A stretch of 64,000 nt of DNA from an uncultured Acidobacteriaceae bacterium (GTDB lineage: Bacteria; Acidobacteriota; Terriglobia; Terriglobales; Acidobacteriaceae). The notes under the pieces are model-generated. The model was not told the DNA's origin, ran no database searches, and saw nothing but the letters and a program-made list of their open reading frames with translations. This document shows, one piece after another, positions 17,991-27,029 of this stretch. Each line of letters opens with the position of its first letter. Position 1 is the stretch's first letter. Location of the stretch: the NCBI GenBank assembly GCA_963769235.1, contig CAVYKW010000007.1, forward strand, positions 112,630 through 176,629, written 5' to 3'. The position numbers and the translations under genes are program-made.

Positions 17991-18648
17991 TGCGCCGCTT
18001 GCGGTTCCGCTTCCGTACCCACAGCTGCTCCTCGACGTAGAGCCGGTAGACGCGCTTGTGGTTCACTGCCTAGCCATCGCGTCGCAGCAGCGCATGCAGC
18101 CGCCGATAGCCGAAGCGCCGCCGCACCATCGCCAACTCGCGCAGCTTCTGCCGCAGCTCGTCATTCGCCTGGCGGGTCACGGCTTTGTAGCGGCACGTTC
18201 CGCGCACCACCAACAACAGCCCGCAAGCGCGCCGCTCGCTGATCTGCGACCGCTGCGCGCGCTACTCCCACCGCCTCTGTCCGAGCTCGCGGGCCTACCA
18301 CTTTTTTGACAGCACCGCCTGCAACGCCTGTTTGTCCAGCATCAGGTCGGCCACCATCTGCTTCAGCTTGCGGTTCTCGTCTTCCAACTGCTTCAACCGC
18401 TGCGCTTCGCTCACGCTCATCCCGCCGTACTTCGCCTTCCAGCGGTAAAACGTCTGCTGGCTGATGCCGTGCTTGCGGCACAGCTCCGCCGTCGGGATGC
18501 CCGCCTCGGACTCCTTCAGAACTCCCACGATCTGCTCTTCGGTGAATCGGCTCTTCTTCAAGGCTTCGTTCTCCTCGCTTGGCCCGAGCGGGCCAGTTTA
18601 GCCGGAGAACTCTCATTTACGCTGGATCAATTTTCGGGGGGCAGATCA
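17990..18648 (-). mobile_element. decayed and truncated IS3-family (IS407-like) insertion sequence
   Basis: The terminal inverted repeat TGATCTGCCCCCCGAAAATTG (minus strand) ends at 18648, and orfA is intact. The A_AAA_AAG slippery heptamer lies at 18301-18307. orfB is recognisable (ISERRACGLL...RRRFGYRRLHALLRRDG*AVNHKRVYRLYVEEQLWVRKRNRKR). It needs an extra frameshift, contains an in-frame TAG, and breaks off at about 17990. No right end is present. Confidence 0.8.
18295..18561 (-). CDS. IS3-family transposase OrfA (HTH + leucine zipper)
   Basis: MKKSRFTEEQIVGVLKESEAGIPTAELCRKHGISQQTFYRWKAKYGGMSVSEAQRLKQLEDENRKLKQMVADLMLDKQAL is the canonical IS3/IS407 OrfA. Confidence 0.85.
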   Translation of the reverse strand: MKKSRFTEEQIVGVLKESEAGIPTAELCRKHGISQQTFYRWKAKYGGMSVSEAQRLKQLEDENRKLKQMVADLMLDKQALQAVLSKKW

Positions 18649-19729
18649 GACTGTCCATCCACTCTGCGGTTCTGGAGCATGTGGACGTGTTACCGAATAG
18701 CGTCCAATCAGAAAAGTTTGCCATATAGAAACGGTAAGGCAGCCGACGACCCCAAGCACCTTCAGTGTCTTCACGACTAAGCGCCACCGCCTCTGAGCGT
18801 CAGAGCCAACCATTCTTCGTCGCAACCTCTGGTCTGGACTGGAGTTGCCAGTGAAACTGTTGTTATCAGGCCATTGCGCAAGTTACATCGGAACGATACG
18901 CCCGACTCCGTAGCTTGCGATAAGAGGATTTTGCGTAAGTTACTCGATTCTAGACCGCCGCAACCGCAAAGAAGCCCACTACGAGCAGCGGAACGGAAGC
19001 TAACTCCACAAGGCCCATCAGCCATTTCGGGGCACCACGTACAGCGGCCACAACGCCGAGAACCATTGCGAGAGGAGCCAGAAAGAACAATAATCCCAGA
19101 TTAAGGATTTCGGGGTCTTGCCAAGGCGGTAGAAATCCACGCGGTCGGAGTTCATAGTACGCGAACGTGCCTGCGCCGAAGAGAGCGTTTGCGGTGGCAA
19201 GCCCAAGGGCAACTTATCCGATGAGTCGAAGGGTCTTCACTTGCTGGCGCCGATAGAGCATTAGCCATGTGATGAGCATGACAGCAAGGGGTGAACAGGT
19301 GAGCAGCCATGGAACGATTCGCATAGGCATCGCAGTCCAGTCAACTGTACCTGTTGTGAACAGGCCAATTACACTCATCGTCCCCAATCGGGAAAACCCG
19401 ACCGGGTAGCTTGTGCGGACTCCCTCGACCCATCAACGCGTCGGAGGTCAATTCTTCGGTCAAACGTTAGACCCGTCCACGTCCAGAAACGTTTACCACT
19501 CCACCAATCGCCAAGAACCTCCCCTCGCTTGTTGGCTTGATTGAAGTTTCTGTACACTCTCGCTCCCGGCCCTAAACCACGCGCCCTCCTCTTTGCCCGT
19601 TCAAAAGTTCTGACAGTCCACATAGGGTACCCGGGCACATGATTCGGCGGATAAACGTCGTAGTCTATGCAAATTCGAGAGATAGCCACCACTGCCCTTT
19701 CTGTGTTTTGTCAGTTTACGTAATCAGGC

Positions 19730-19877
19730 GTGGCTGTTGAAAAACTCTTTTGGCGTCTTCGCGCAAGAAACTCGACGCGCTAGGATGCCCTATAAACGAT
19801 TTTCTCCGCCTCGGGATACATTTCTGGTCATCCGATTTCGGCAGTTTCTGCATTGAAGGGACTTTTTCAACAGCCAC
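19730..19877. repeat. MITE-like element: 15-bp perfect terminal inverted repeats flanked by a 4-bp direct repeat
   Basis: GTGGCTGTTGAAAAA (19730-19744) and TTTTTCAACAGCCAC (19863-19877) enclose 118 bp. AGGC lies immediately outside both ends (19726-19729 and 19878-19881). Confidence 0.45.
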
Positions 19878-19975
19878 AGGCGATTACACTCACCATCCTG
19901 CCCGTCCTGGTAACTTGTGCAACGCGATATAACGACAGTTAGCGCACGGCTGCTGCTCCTGAGGCGCGACAGTCC

Positions 19976-21742
19976 TCACCGAATGTTGAACTTAGCTCCT
20001 CGCCACTCTGAGTGCCGTCCTGCCGCGTCGGAGGCCTGCACCTCCAGTTCATACGAGCCTATTGGCAGCTTCTTGATGTCTAAGTTAAGTCCAATGGGAA
20101 CTACAGGGTTTTCCGGTATGACCCACTTGGCGGCGCTCATTGGACCGGTATTCATTACCAGCACGCCGGTCTTCACATCGGTCACCCTCACGTTGTAATA
20201 GATGGCGGTTTCGTCGCTGTCGAGTGAGGATTTGTAAATCTCGAAATAGAGCGAGATGGGAGCATGGGGGCGCACGCGGCCATCAATGGCTGGAAAGAAT
20301 TGAACGTTCTTACTAACGAGCGGGGCCGGATTGACTGGAAACGGTGAAACCGAACCTGCGTCCCGAAGAATCCATGATGCATCGCGCAAGAAATCGCAAA
20401 GAGTAACATCACTGATTCCGACCCGCTGAGGTTCAAGCGGTACAACGTGCAACGGCAACCGGCCCTCTCCGAACGTCTTTCCATCGCTTACGACAACCCG
20501 CAGTTCATAGTCGCCAGGACGTAAATCGATTTGTGCATCGAAGCGAGTAGGGACAGCAAAATAGGAAGAATGCAAGAAATGCGATATCGGGTCGTCCCTC
20601 CACAACTGACATGTATAGGCGCCCCCGAACTGATGTGCAATCCTACCGTGTACGTCGTAAACTGCTCCGAGAACATGAATTTCCTCTCCGCCCTTAGAAC
20701 AATTCCATATCCATGGGAATAGATTGAATGCTGTAGCAATATGCACGCTTGCGGGCGCTTTGGAATCGTGCACCTCAACGACATATCTAAACTCGTTCGC
20801 AGGCGGTGCAGCGGCGCCTAGATCTCGCGGTGTCTCCCCGGCAAGTGTAAGCACACCCGAAGACCAGAACACCGAAGCCTGAATATGAACCTTAGTCGAT
20901 TCACGTGCGTCCGTGCTAAGTAGGTTTTCCATTCGGGAGCGTAATTTTATTTCTTTTTCTGTCGCCGTATTGTCGAGATGACTCGCGGCTGGGGCACAGT
21001 ACTGTGTACGGTTTAATCGGACCTCCCGATCATCAGCAACAACTCGAATGGCATGGCATTCGCCAGGTCTCAGTGGTGGGGGAATGTACCCAAGGAGGTA
21101 TGCAGCTGTCGCGGGCATGGACGCAGAGACGGCATGGGACGTAGAGTCCCCCCAAATTCCTCGAATGGTGGGAAAGAACATCCACTGGTTTGTCGTGTCG
21201 ACCGTAGGGAAATCCTCTTCGCGAAAAAAGTTGATTTTTCGCTCGGTGCCATTGTCGAAAGCGTGAAAATCAGTTGCCATCAGCCCCCTTGCCGGCGGAG
21301 GTAACTGTGTCAGGTCCCCCTTCTGATAGCCGCGCAGCCCCTTGGTATGACTGGATGTGCCCTCCTTGCCAGTTTTTCCGCTGTTCTTTTCCCAAACCTC
21401 GGCCTCGACAATGACCTGCCGTGACTGCGCATGGAATAAAGGAATTTCGCTCGAGGATTCATCCGTTTGCGACGACTTGCTCTGTGACAGACTCTTAGAT
21501 TGAGCCGTCTCAGATGCTAATGAACCTTGCTTCGCTGCGTCCTGTGCAGCGCCGGAGCGCGCCAACAAACAAAGGAACACCACGGCGGCGACGATTTTCA
21601 CCGCCACAGTGTAACCGAACGACTCGGCGTTGAAGATGGTTGGCCGGGTGCCCCGGGTCTCACGCCGTTTGAGACCCGGGAGGTGCAGACGTCGGTAGAG
21701 AATGTAACTCCCAGGTCTCGAACCCCGCGAGACCTGGGGCAC
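19976..21742 (-). CDS. secreted/anchored hypothetical protein, possibly VWFA-related Acidobacterial-domain family
   Basis: Long ORF with a signal-like segment VAVKIVAAVVFLCLLARSGAAQD, so GTG starts at 21607/21601 are more plausible than ATG 21742. The GLMATDFHAFDNGTERKINFFREEDFP segment resembles the ...DF.v.dnG..q.I..F motif of TIGR03436-type proteins; this match is from memory. Confidence 0.6.
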   Translation of the reverse strand: MPQVSRGSRPGSYILYRRLHLPGLKRRETRGTRPTIFNAESFGYTVAVKIVAAVVFLCLLARSGAAQDAAKQGSLASETAQSKSLSQSKSSQTDESSSEIPLFHAQSRQVIVEAEVWEKNSGKTGKEGTSSHTKGLRGYQKGDLTQLPPPARGLMATDFHAFDNGTERKINFFREEDFPTVDTTNQWMFFPTIRGIWGDSTSHAVSASMPATAAYLLGYIPPPLRPGECHAIRVVADDREVRLNRTQYCAPAASHLDNTATEKEIKLRSRMENLLSTDARESTKVHIQASVFWSSGVLTLAGETPRDLGAAAPPANEFRYVVEVHDSKAPASVHIATAFNLFPWIWNCSKGGEEIHVLGAVYDVHGRIAHQFGGAYTCQLWRDDPISHFLHSSYFAVPTRFDAQIDLRPGDYELRVVVSDGKTFGEGRLPLHVVPLEPQRVGISDVTLCDFLRDASWILRDAGSVSPFPVNPAPLVSKNVQFFPAIDGRVRPHAPISLYFEIYKSSLDSDETAIYYNVRVTDVKTGVLVMNTGPMSAAKWVIPENPVVPIGLNLDIKKLPIGSYELEVQASDAAGRHSEWRGAKFNIR

Positions 21743-22109
21743 CCGGCTGCGATGGCTTACATAACATCCCCATTACACTCATTGACCGAGCGCCTGCGAT
21801 TTGGTCGCAGGGTACGCCGTTGGGAAACGATCCACTTGTATGTATAGTCGGCGACTCACCGATATGCCCGGTCGTGAGCCCAAACCCGAGATACCGGCCT
21901 GTGAGAGATCACTCCCGGGAAGTAAGATCTTTCTGAAGAGAAACGAGCCGCAAATTATTGCGGCTCGTCTCATTGGCAAATTCCTGCGGCAGATGGTTAG
22001 GGTCTTCTCTGGCGTGGAATTTGAGTCCAACTTGGGTCCAAAACTTCGGTTTCCACAAGCTTTTCCACAGCCTTTGCTCAGCTAAGTCTTTTGATTTGAG
22101 AATTACTTA

Positions 22110-22169
22110 GCTGTAGCTCGTTGGGCTCATAAGCCAAAGGTCGGCGTTCAAATCGATTGCCCGCGACCA
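22110..22169 (+). pseudogene. degenerate tRNA-like sequence (tRNA-Met-like 3' half, not foldable into a cloverleaf)
   Basis: GCTGTAGCTCGTTGG..GCTCATAAGCCAAAGGTCGGCGTTCAAATCGATTGCCCGCGACCA has a D-loop-like TAGCTC, a CTCATAA anticodon-loop-like segment, an AGGTCGGCG-TTCAAATC T-arm-like segment and a terminal ACCA. The T stem and acceptor stem do not pair. Confidence 0.35.
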
Positions 22170-22557
22170 ACTCCCAGCAAGTTGCGCCCATCGCCCATCT
22201 CAGTCGGTAAAAGACCGGCATCTGAAACAATGCGAATGCGTCGCCTCCCTGTCAAAGAGTTATCAGGGAGGGCGTCGCACGTTTACGCGAACACACGATA
22301 CCGCGCTTTGCCTTATCACAGCCCGGGGTGATCTGGATCACTGCAAGCCCATCGTTCTAGTAGTAAGGTTACCAATCCGGTCGCCAGACCGGAACTCCTG
22401 ATCGCCAGGAGCGCTGCTAAGCGCAGACCCGCGAGAGGGCTAAGGCCTAGGGGCCCTGTCGGCTTCCCGATCCCGACAGTAAGGGGGCGCTAACAAACCC
22501 AAGCGCGGACACAACAGCCGCTAGGGGCGTCGACCAAAAAAATCTAAACAAGTAAAT

Positions 22558-22866
22558 ATGGAGGTTTTTTTGGATTCGTCAACGACAAACATTGTGCAGC
22601 CAGACAAAGCCCTCGGCCCACGCTTGGTGATGATGGGTACGAGCCGAGAACGACACGAACCGACTGTGGATAAGATACTTTACGACCGAAAAAGTGCAGC
22701 GCTTGCCTTATCACTCAGCATTCGCAGCATTGACTACCTAATCGCACAGGGAGTGTTGCGTACACGGAAAGTCGGGCACAAGGTGCTCATTCCGGCCAGC
22801 GAACTCAGGCGATTCGCATCTGCCAATCACTACGGCGTGATTCAACATTTACAGAAAGCCAGCTAA
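22558..22866 (+). CDS. excisionase-family helix-turn-helix DNA-binding protein
   Basis: ILYDRKSAALALSLSIRSIDYLIAQGVLRTRKVGHKVLIPASELRRF fits the excisionase/MerR-like HTH pattern. It lies immediately upstream of, and co-oriented with, the integrase. The start may be the internal MMG. Confidence 0.65.
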   Translation: MEVFLDSSTTNIVQPDKALGPRLVMMGTSRERHEPTVDKILYDRKSAALALSLSIRSIDYLIAQGVLRTRKVGHKVLIPASELRRFASANHYGVIQHLQKAS

Positions 22867-22918
22867 GAAAGGACAGGAGCCTGCGGGTTAGACATGGCCT
22901 AATCCGCAGGAATGACTC

Positions 22919-24034
22919 ATGCCGCGTCGAGAGATACCAAGAGCGACAGGTGTATTCGAAAAGATCCCTGGGTCTGGTGTCTGGTGGATCCGGTACCGCG
23001 ATGAGGGCCAGCTCCACCGTGAGAAGGTCGGCCGGCGGCAGGACGCAATTGATCTATACAGGGTGCGCAAGGCCGAGATACTGAGTGGTCGGAAGCTGCC
23101 ACGCAACATACGGCAGGACCAAGTCAAATTCAGAGATCTGGCGGCGGCCACGCTGAAGTACTCTGAGCAGCACCATACGGACAAGCGAAACGTAAAGTCG
23201 AGGATCGAACAAATTCTACCCAACTTTGGCGACAGGATAGCTGCGGCGATAAAGCCTGCCGACATCGATGCATGGATCGCGGAGCATACGAATACCGCCG
23301 GTACGGCGAATCGCTACCGCGCCGTTTTCTCGCTGATCTATCGTGAAGCTGTGCGCAACGGAAGAGTTTCCAGCAACCCGGCTCGATTGGTGCGGCAGCG
23401 CAAGGAAGGCAGCGGGCGAATCCGTTACTTGCTCGATGAGGAGGAGGAACGTCTCTGCAAGACGATCGTTGAGACATTTCCTGAGCACATGTCCGAGTTG
23501 ACGATCGCTGTGGGAACCGGGATGCGAAAGAGCGAGCAGTATGGATTGATCTGGAAACGTGTTGACTTCAAAAGCAACGAAATCCACTTGGCGAAAACAA
23601 AGAACGGTGACCCTCGCGACGTTCCCATGAGTACGGCCGTCCTTGCTGCGTTTCAGAAACTGAAACTGCCGAACGCCAAGCCCACGGATCGCGTGTTCCC
23701 AATCCTCGATTCCCGTGCGTGGTTCGAGTCCGCCAGAGAGAAAGCTGGGCTCGCCGACTTTCACTGGCACGACTGCAGGCATACATTCTGCTCGCGGCTG
23801 GCCATGGCAGGTGTGCCGCTAAAAACGATACAGACACTGGCCGGGCACAAAACAATTGCGATTACGGCGCGCTATGCCCACCTGGCTCCGAATACATTGC
23901 ATGCGGCGGTTGAAATGATTCGGGTGCCCGGATACAAACTGCCGGAACAAAGTATCCCCAGAAGTATCCCCAGCAGATCAAGGAAGTTTTCCACAGGCAA
24001 GAAAAGAGCCTTGAAACCGTCTATAAGTAAATGA
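22919..24034 (+). CDS. tyrosine site-specific integrase
   Basis: Catalytic-domain motifs are present: TGMRKSE (Arg), HDCRHTFCSRLAMAGV (His-x-x-Arg) and LAGHKTIAITARYAHL (His...Tyr). The gene ends 17 nt from the 3' end of tRNA-Leu. Confidence 0.9.
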   Translation: MPRREIPRATGVFEKIPGSGVWWIRYRDEGQLHREKVGRRQDAIDLYRVRKAEILSGRKLPRNIRQDQVKFRDLAAATLKYSEQHHTDKRNVKSRIEQILPNFGDRIAAAIKPADIDAWIAEHTNTAGTANRYRAVFSLIYREAVRNGRVSSNPARLVRQRKEGSGRIRYLLDEEEERLCKTIVETFPEHMSELTIAVGTGMRKSEQYGLIWKRVDFKSNEIHLAKTKNGDPRDVPMSTAVLAAFQKLKLPNAKPTDRVFPILDSRAWFESAREKAGLADFHWHDCRHTFCSRLAMAGVPLKTIQTLAGHKTIAITARYAHLAPNTLHAAVEMIRVPGYKLPEQSIPRSIPSRSRKFSTGKKRALKPSISK

Positions 24035-24051
24035 ATTAAAAGGTGATAGCT

Positions 24052-24140
24052 TGGTGCCGAGAGGGGGACTTGAACCCCCACAACCCTTTCGGGTCCGCGG
24101 ATTTTAAGTCCGCTGCGTCTGCCTATTCCGCCATCCCGGC
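24052..24140 (-). tRNA. tRNA-Leu (anticodon UAA), class II with long variable arm, CCA encoded
   Basis: The reverse complement is GCCGGGATGGCGGAATAGGCAGACGCAGCGGACTTAAAATCCGCGGACCCGAAAGGGTTGTGGGGGTTCAAGTCCCCCTCTCGGCACCA. It has a 7-bp acceptor stem with one G-U, an anticodon stem GCGGA/TCCGC with loop CTTAAAA, and a T arm GGGGG-TTCAAGT-CCCCC. Confidence 0.9.
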
Positions 24141-24343
24141 CAAGGGGTAACCGCGATTGTCGACGACTTTCGTGATGCCGCGTCGTTTCGAAAAGCTTCT
24201 TCGCATCATATTGCCTCCGCACCACCGTCGCAAATGTGCGCAACCTCCGCCGCCGGGACAAGGGCGAGTCGCGGGTTGCCGCTTGCTCCCAAAAACGGAA
24301 AGTCCCAGAAAGACGCGGCATATCCCTCTTCTCACACAAAGTT

Positions 24344-24359
24344 GTGATGTCAATCACAG
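24344..24359. promoter_or_regulatory. CRP/FNR-family binding-site-like palindrome upstream of cydA
   Basis: TGTGATGTCAATCACA matches TGTGA-N6-TCACA exactly. It lies about 110 nt upstream of the cydA ATG. Confidence 0.5.
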
Positions 24360-24467
24360 CAAGGTGTGCGGGATTCACGAACAATAGTGACGTGTTCCCG
24401 CAGCCATCATTGTTTCTAAACCCTACTGTGTTTATAGCCGCAACCGTTTCTTACCTGAGGTCCAAGC

Positions 24468-25847
24468 ATGGATAGTGCGTTGTTGATCCACCGCCTGCAC
24501 TTCGCGTTCACGGTGACGTTTCATTACCTGTTCCCGCAATTGACCATGGGGCTGGCGCCGCTGATCGTGATCTTGAAAACCCTGGCTTTGAAGACCAAAG
24601 ACGAGCGCTACGACAAAGCGGCGCGATTCTGGGCCAAGATTTTTGGCATTAATTTTGTCATCGGAGTGGTGACTGGAATTCCCATGGAATTTCAGTTCGG
24701 CACCAACTGGTCGCACTTTTCGCGCTTCGCCGGCGGTGTGATTGGACAAACGCTGGCCATGGAAGGTCTCTTCGCGTTCTTCCTGGAATCCACCTTTCTC
24801 GGACTTTTTCTATATGGCGAGAAGCGGCTCAGCAAAGGTTTGCACTGGTTTTCAGCTCTGATGGTCTTCGTGGGATCGTGGATGTCAGGCTACTTCATCG
24901 TGGCCACCGACGCCTGGATGCAGCATCCGGTGGGTTATGAGCGGGTGGCCGACGGCTCGGTGCAACTGAGCAGTTTCTGGCAGCTGATCCTGAATCCCTG
25001 GGCTTTGTGGCAGTACGCGCACAACATGAGTGGCGCAGTCATCACCGGAACCTTCGTGATGACAGCGGTAGGCGCGTTTTACCTGCTGAGTCAAAAGCAT
25101 GTCGACCAAGGACGTATCTTTATTCGCGTAGGCGTGATTGTCTCGCTGCTGGTGAGCGTGTTTCAAGTGGTTCCAACCGGCGATGCCCAGGGTCGTATGC
25201 TGGCCCGCAATCAGCCGGTAACACTGGCCGCCATGGAAGCTCTGTGGGAGACGCAGCCGGGAGCGCCGCTGGTGATTCTTGGTCAGCCCGATGTTGTGGC
25301 CAAGCGCATCGATAATCCCATCGTGATTCCTAAAATGTTGAGTTTCCTAACCTGGCGCAGCTGGGGCGCAGAAGTGAAGGGCCTCAGCTCCGTACCCAAG
25401 GAAGACTGGCCGGAAAACATTCCGTTGTTGTATTACACGTACCACATCATGGTAGGACTGGGGACCATCTTCATCGCGGTAAGCGCGGTGGCAACGTTCC
25501 TGTTGTGGCGCCACAAGCTTTACCAGGCCCGCTGGATGCTGTGGATTTTGCTGATGATGTTCCCGTTCCCCTACATCGCGAATACCGCAGGCTGGATGAC
25601 GGCGGAAATCGGCAGACAGCCGTGGCTGGTCTACGGCCTGCTGCGTACCGTGGACGGTTATTCCAAGATGGTATCGGCAGGCAACGCCTGGTTCAGCTTC
25701 TTGGGCTTCCTCGGCATGTACACCCTGTTGTCGGTACTCTTCCTGTTCCTGGTGCGCCGCGAAATCGAGCTCGGCCCGGAGCCGACGCTTCCGCCGCTGC
25801 GCGAAAAAGTTAAGGTAGTTCCGCTGACTCCCATGGAGGTGCGATAG
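24468..25847 (+). CDS. cydA: cytochrome bd ubiquinol oxidase subunit I
   Basis: The N-terminus LHRLHFAFTVTFHYLFPQLTMGLAPLIV, GRQPW(L)VYG near the C-terminus and the multi-TM layout are the canonical CydA pattern. Confidence 0.95.
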   Translation: MDSALLIHRLHFAFTVTFHYLFPQLTMGLAPLIVILKTLALKTKDERYDKAARFWAKIFGINFVIGVVTGIPMEFQFGTNWSHFSRFAGGVIGQTLAMEGLFAFFLESTFLGLFLYGEKRLSKGLHWFSALMVFVGSWMSGYFIVATDAWMQHPVGYERVADGSVQLSSFWQLILNPWALWQYAHNMSGAVITGTFVMTAVGAFYLLSQKHVDQGRIFIRVGVIVSLLVSVFQVVPTGDAQGRMLARNQPVTLAAMEALWETQPGAPLVILGQPDVVAKRIDNPIVIPKMLSFLTWRSWGAEVKGLSSVPKEDWPENIPLLYYTYHIMVGLGTIFIAVSAVATFLLWRHKLYQARWMLWILLMMFPFPYIANTAGWMTAEIGRQPWLVYGLLRTVDGYSKMVSAGNAWFSFLGFLGMYTLLSVLFLFLVRREIELGPEPTLPPLREKVKVVPLTPMEVR

Positions 25848-25849
25848 CC

Positions 25850-26899
25850 ATGTCAACAATTTGGTTCATGATCGTGGCGGTGATGGTTGCCGTCTACGTA
25901 TTGCTGGATGGCTTCGATCTGGGAGCTGGCGCGGTTCACCTGTTTATCGCAAAAACCGATGAGGACCGGCAGGCGGTGATTAGCGCCATCGGTCCGGTCT
26001 GGGATGGAAATGAAGTTTGGTTGCTGGCGGCTGGTGGCACGCTCTACTTTGCGTTCCCCTTGCTGTACGCGTCCAGCTTCAGCGGCTTCTATTTGCCCTT
26101 GATGATGGTGCTATGGCTCCTGATGGTGCGAGCCATCGGCATCGAGTTTCGTCATCACATTCAAGAATCTGTGTGGCGCGGCTTTTTCGACACCATTTTC
26201 GGAGTGTCCAGTATTCTGCTAGCGATTTTCTTCGGAGCGGCGCTGGGCAACGTAGTTCGCGGCGTTCCGCTGAACGCCGACGGCTACTTCTTCGAGCCGT
26301 TGTGGACCAACTGGCGTGTCGGCGTAAACAACGGCATTTTGGACTGGTACACAGTAATGTGCGGTGTGATCGCCCTAGTCACTCTGGTGATTCACGGATC
26401 ACTCTATCTTGCTACCAAGACTGAGGGTGAACTGAATCGGCGGGCACGCGGTATTGCCTTGGGGCTGTGGCCGGTGCAGGTGCTGCTGACCATTCTGAGC
26501 CTGATTGCAACTGTGTACGCTGTTCCGCACGTGCTGGGCAACTATAGCCGCTGGCCCATAGGATACCTTGTGCCTGCGGTGGTGATCGGCAGCCTGGCGT
26601 ACATGTATTTCGCGAACTCACGGCGGCAGGAGAAAGGGGCGTTTCTGGCCTCTTGTGCGTACATTGTCGGCATGCTGGTGGGAGCGGCGTTTGCGGTTTA
26701 TCCCAACGTGCTGCCGGCCAGCACCGGTGCGAACCTTAGTCTGACGATCTACAACACTGCTGCCGGAGCGCACGGACTTAGCGTGGGCTTTGTGTGGTGG
26801 ACAATCGGCATGCTGCTGGCCGCGGTCTACTTTGTTTTCGTCTACCGAATGTTCCGCGGAAAAGTGAGACTGGAAGACGGCAGCGGTCACGGCTACTAG
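25850..26899 (+). CDS. cydB: cytochrome bd ubiquinol oxidase subunit II
   Basis: IWFMIVAVMVAVYVLLDGFDLGAG...GPVWDGNEVWLL is the canonical CydB N-terminus. The gene starts 3 nt after the cydA stop. Confidence 0.95.
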   Translation: MSTIWFMIVAVMVAVYVLLDGFDLGAGAVHLFIAKTDEDRQAVISAIGPVWDGNEVWLLAAGGTLYFAFPLLYASSFSGFYLPLMMVLWLLMVRAIGIEFRHHIQESVWRGFFDTIFGVSSILLAIFFGAALGNVVRGVPLNADGYFFEPLWTNWRVGVNNGILDWYTVMCGVIALVTLVIHGSLYLATKTEGELNRRARGIALGLWPVQVLLTILSLIATVYAVPHVLGNYSRWPIGYLVPAVVIGSLAYMYFANSRRQEKGAFLASCAYIVGMLVGAAFAVYPNVLPASTGANLSLTIYNTAAGAHGLSVGFVWWTIGMLLAAVYFVFVYRMFRGKVRLEDGSGHGY

Positions 26900-26925
26900 A
26901 TCGGTGACGGCCGCTCAATGATTCG

Positions 26926-26955
26926 GGGGTGAGGCTTTGGCCTCATCCCTTTTTT
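26926..26955 (+). terminator. rho-independent terminator of cydAB
   Basis: GGGGTGAGGC-TTTG-GCCTCATCCC is a 10-bp stem with one G-T pair, followed by TTTTTT. Confidence 0.7.
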
Positions 26956-27029
26956 CGTTACGACGGGCCGCACAGTGGTATTCGATCGCAGACTATCCAG
27001 TCTTTAGCGCCCGCAGGATAGCGTAGTTG

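Noticed and set aside
17847-18242. 131-aa plus-strand ORF treated as one gene
   Set aside because: It is chimeric. Only the first ~48 codons look like an integrase N-terminus. The rest is the antisense strand of IS3 orfB and is Ala/Arg-rich.
22110-22169. Functional tRNA-Met gene
   Set aside because: Acceptor and T stems cannot be paired, and about 15 nt of a normal D/anticodon region are missing. I kept it only as a tRNA-like relic.
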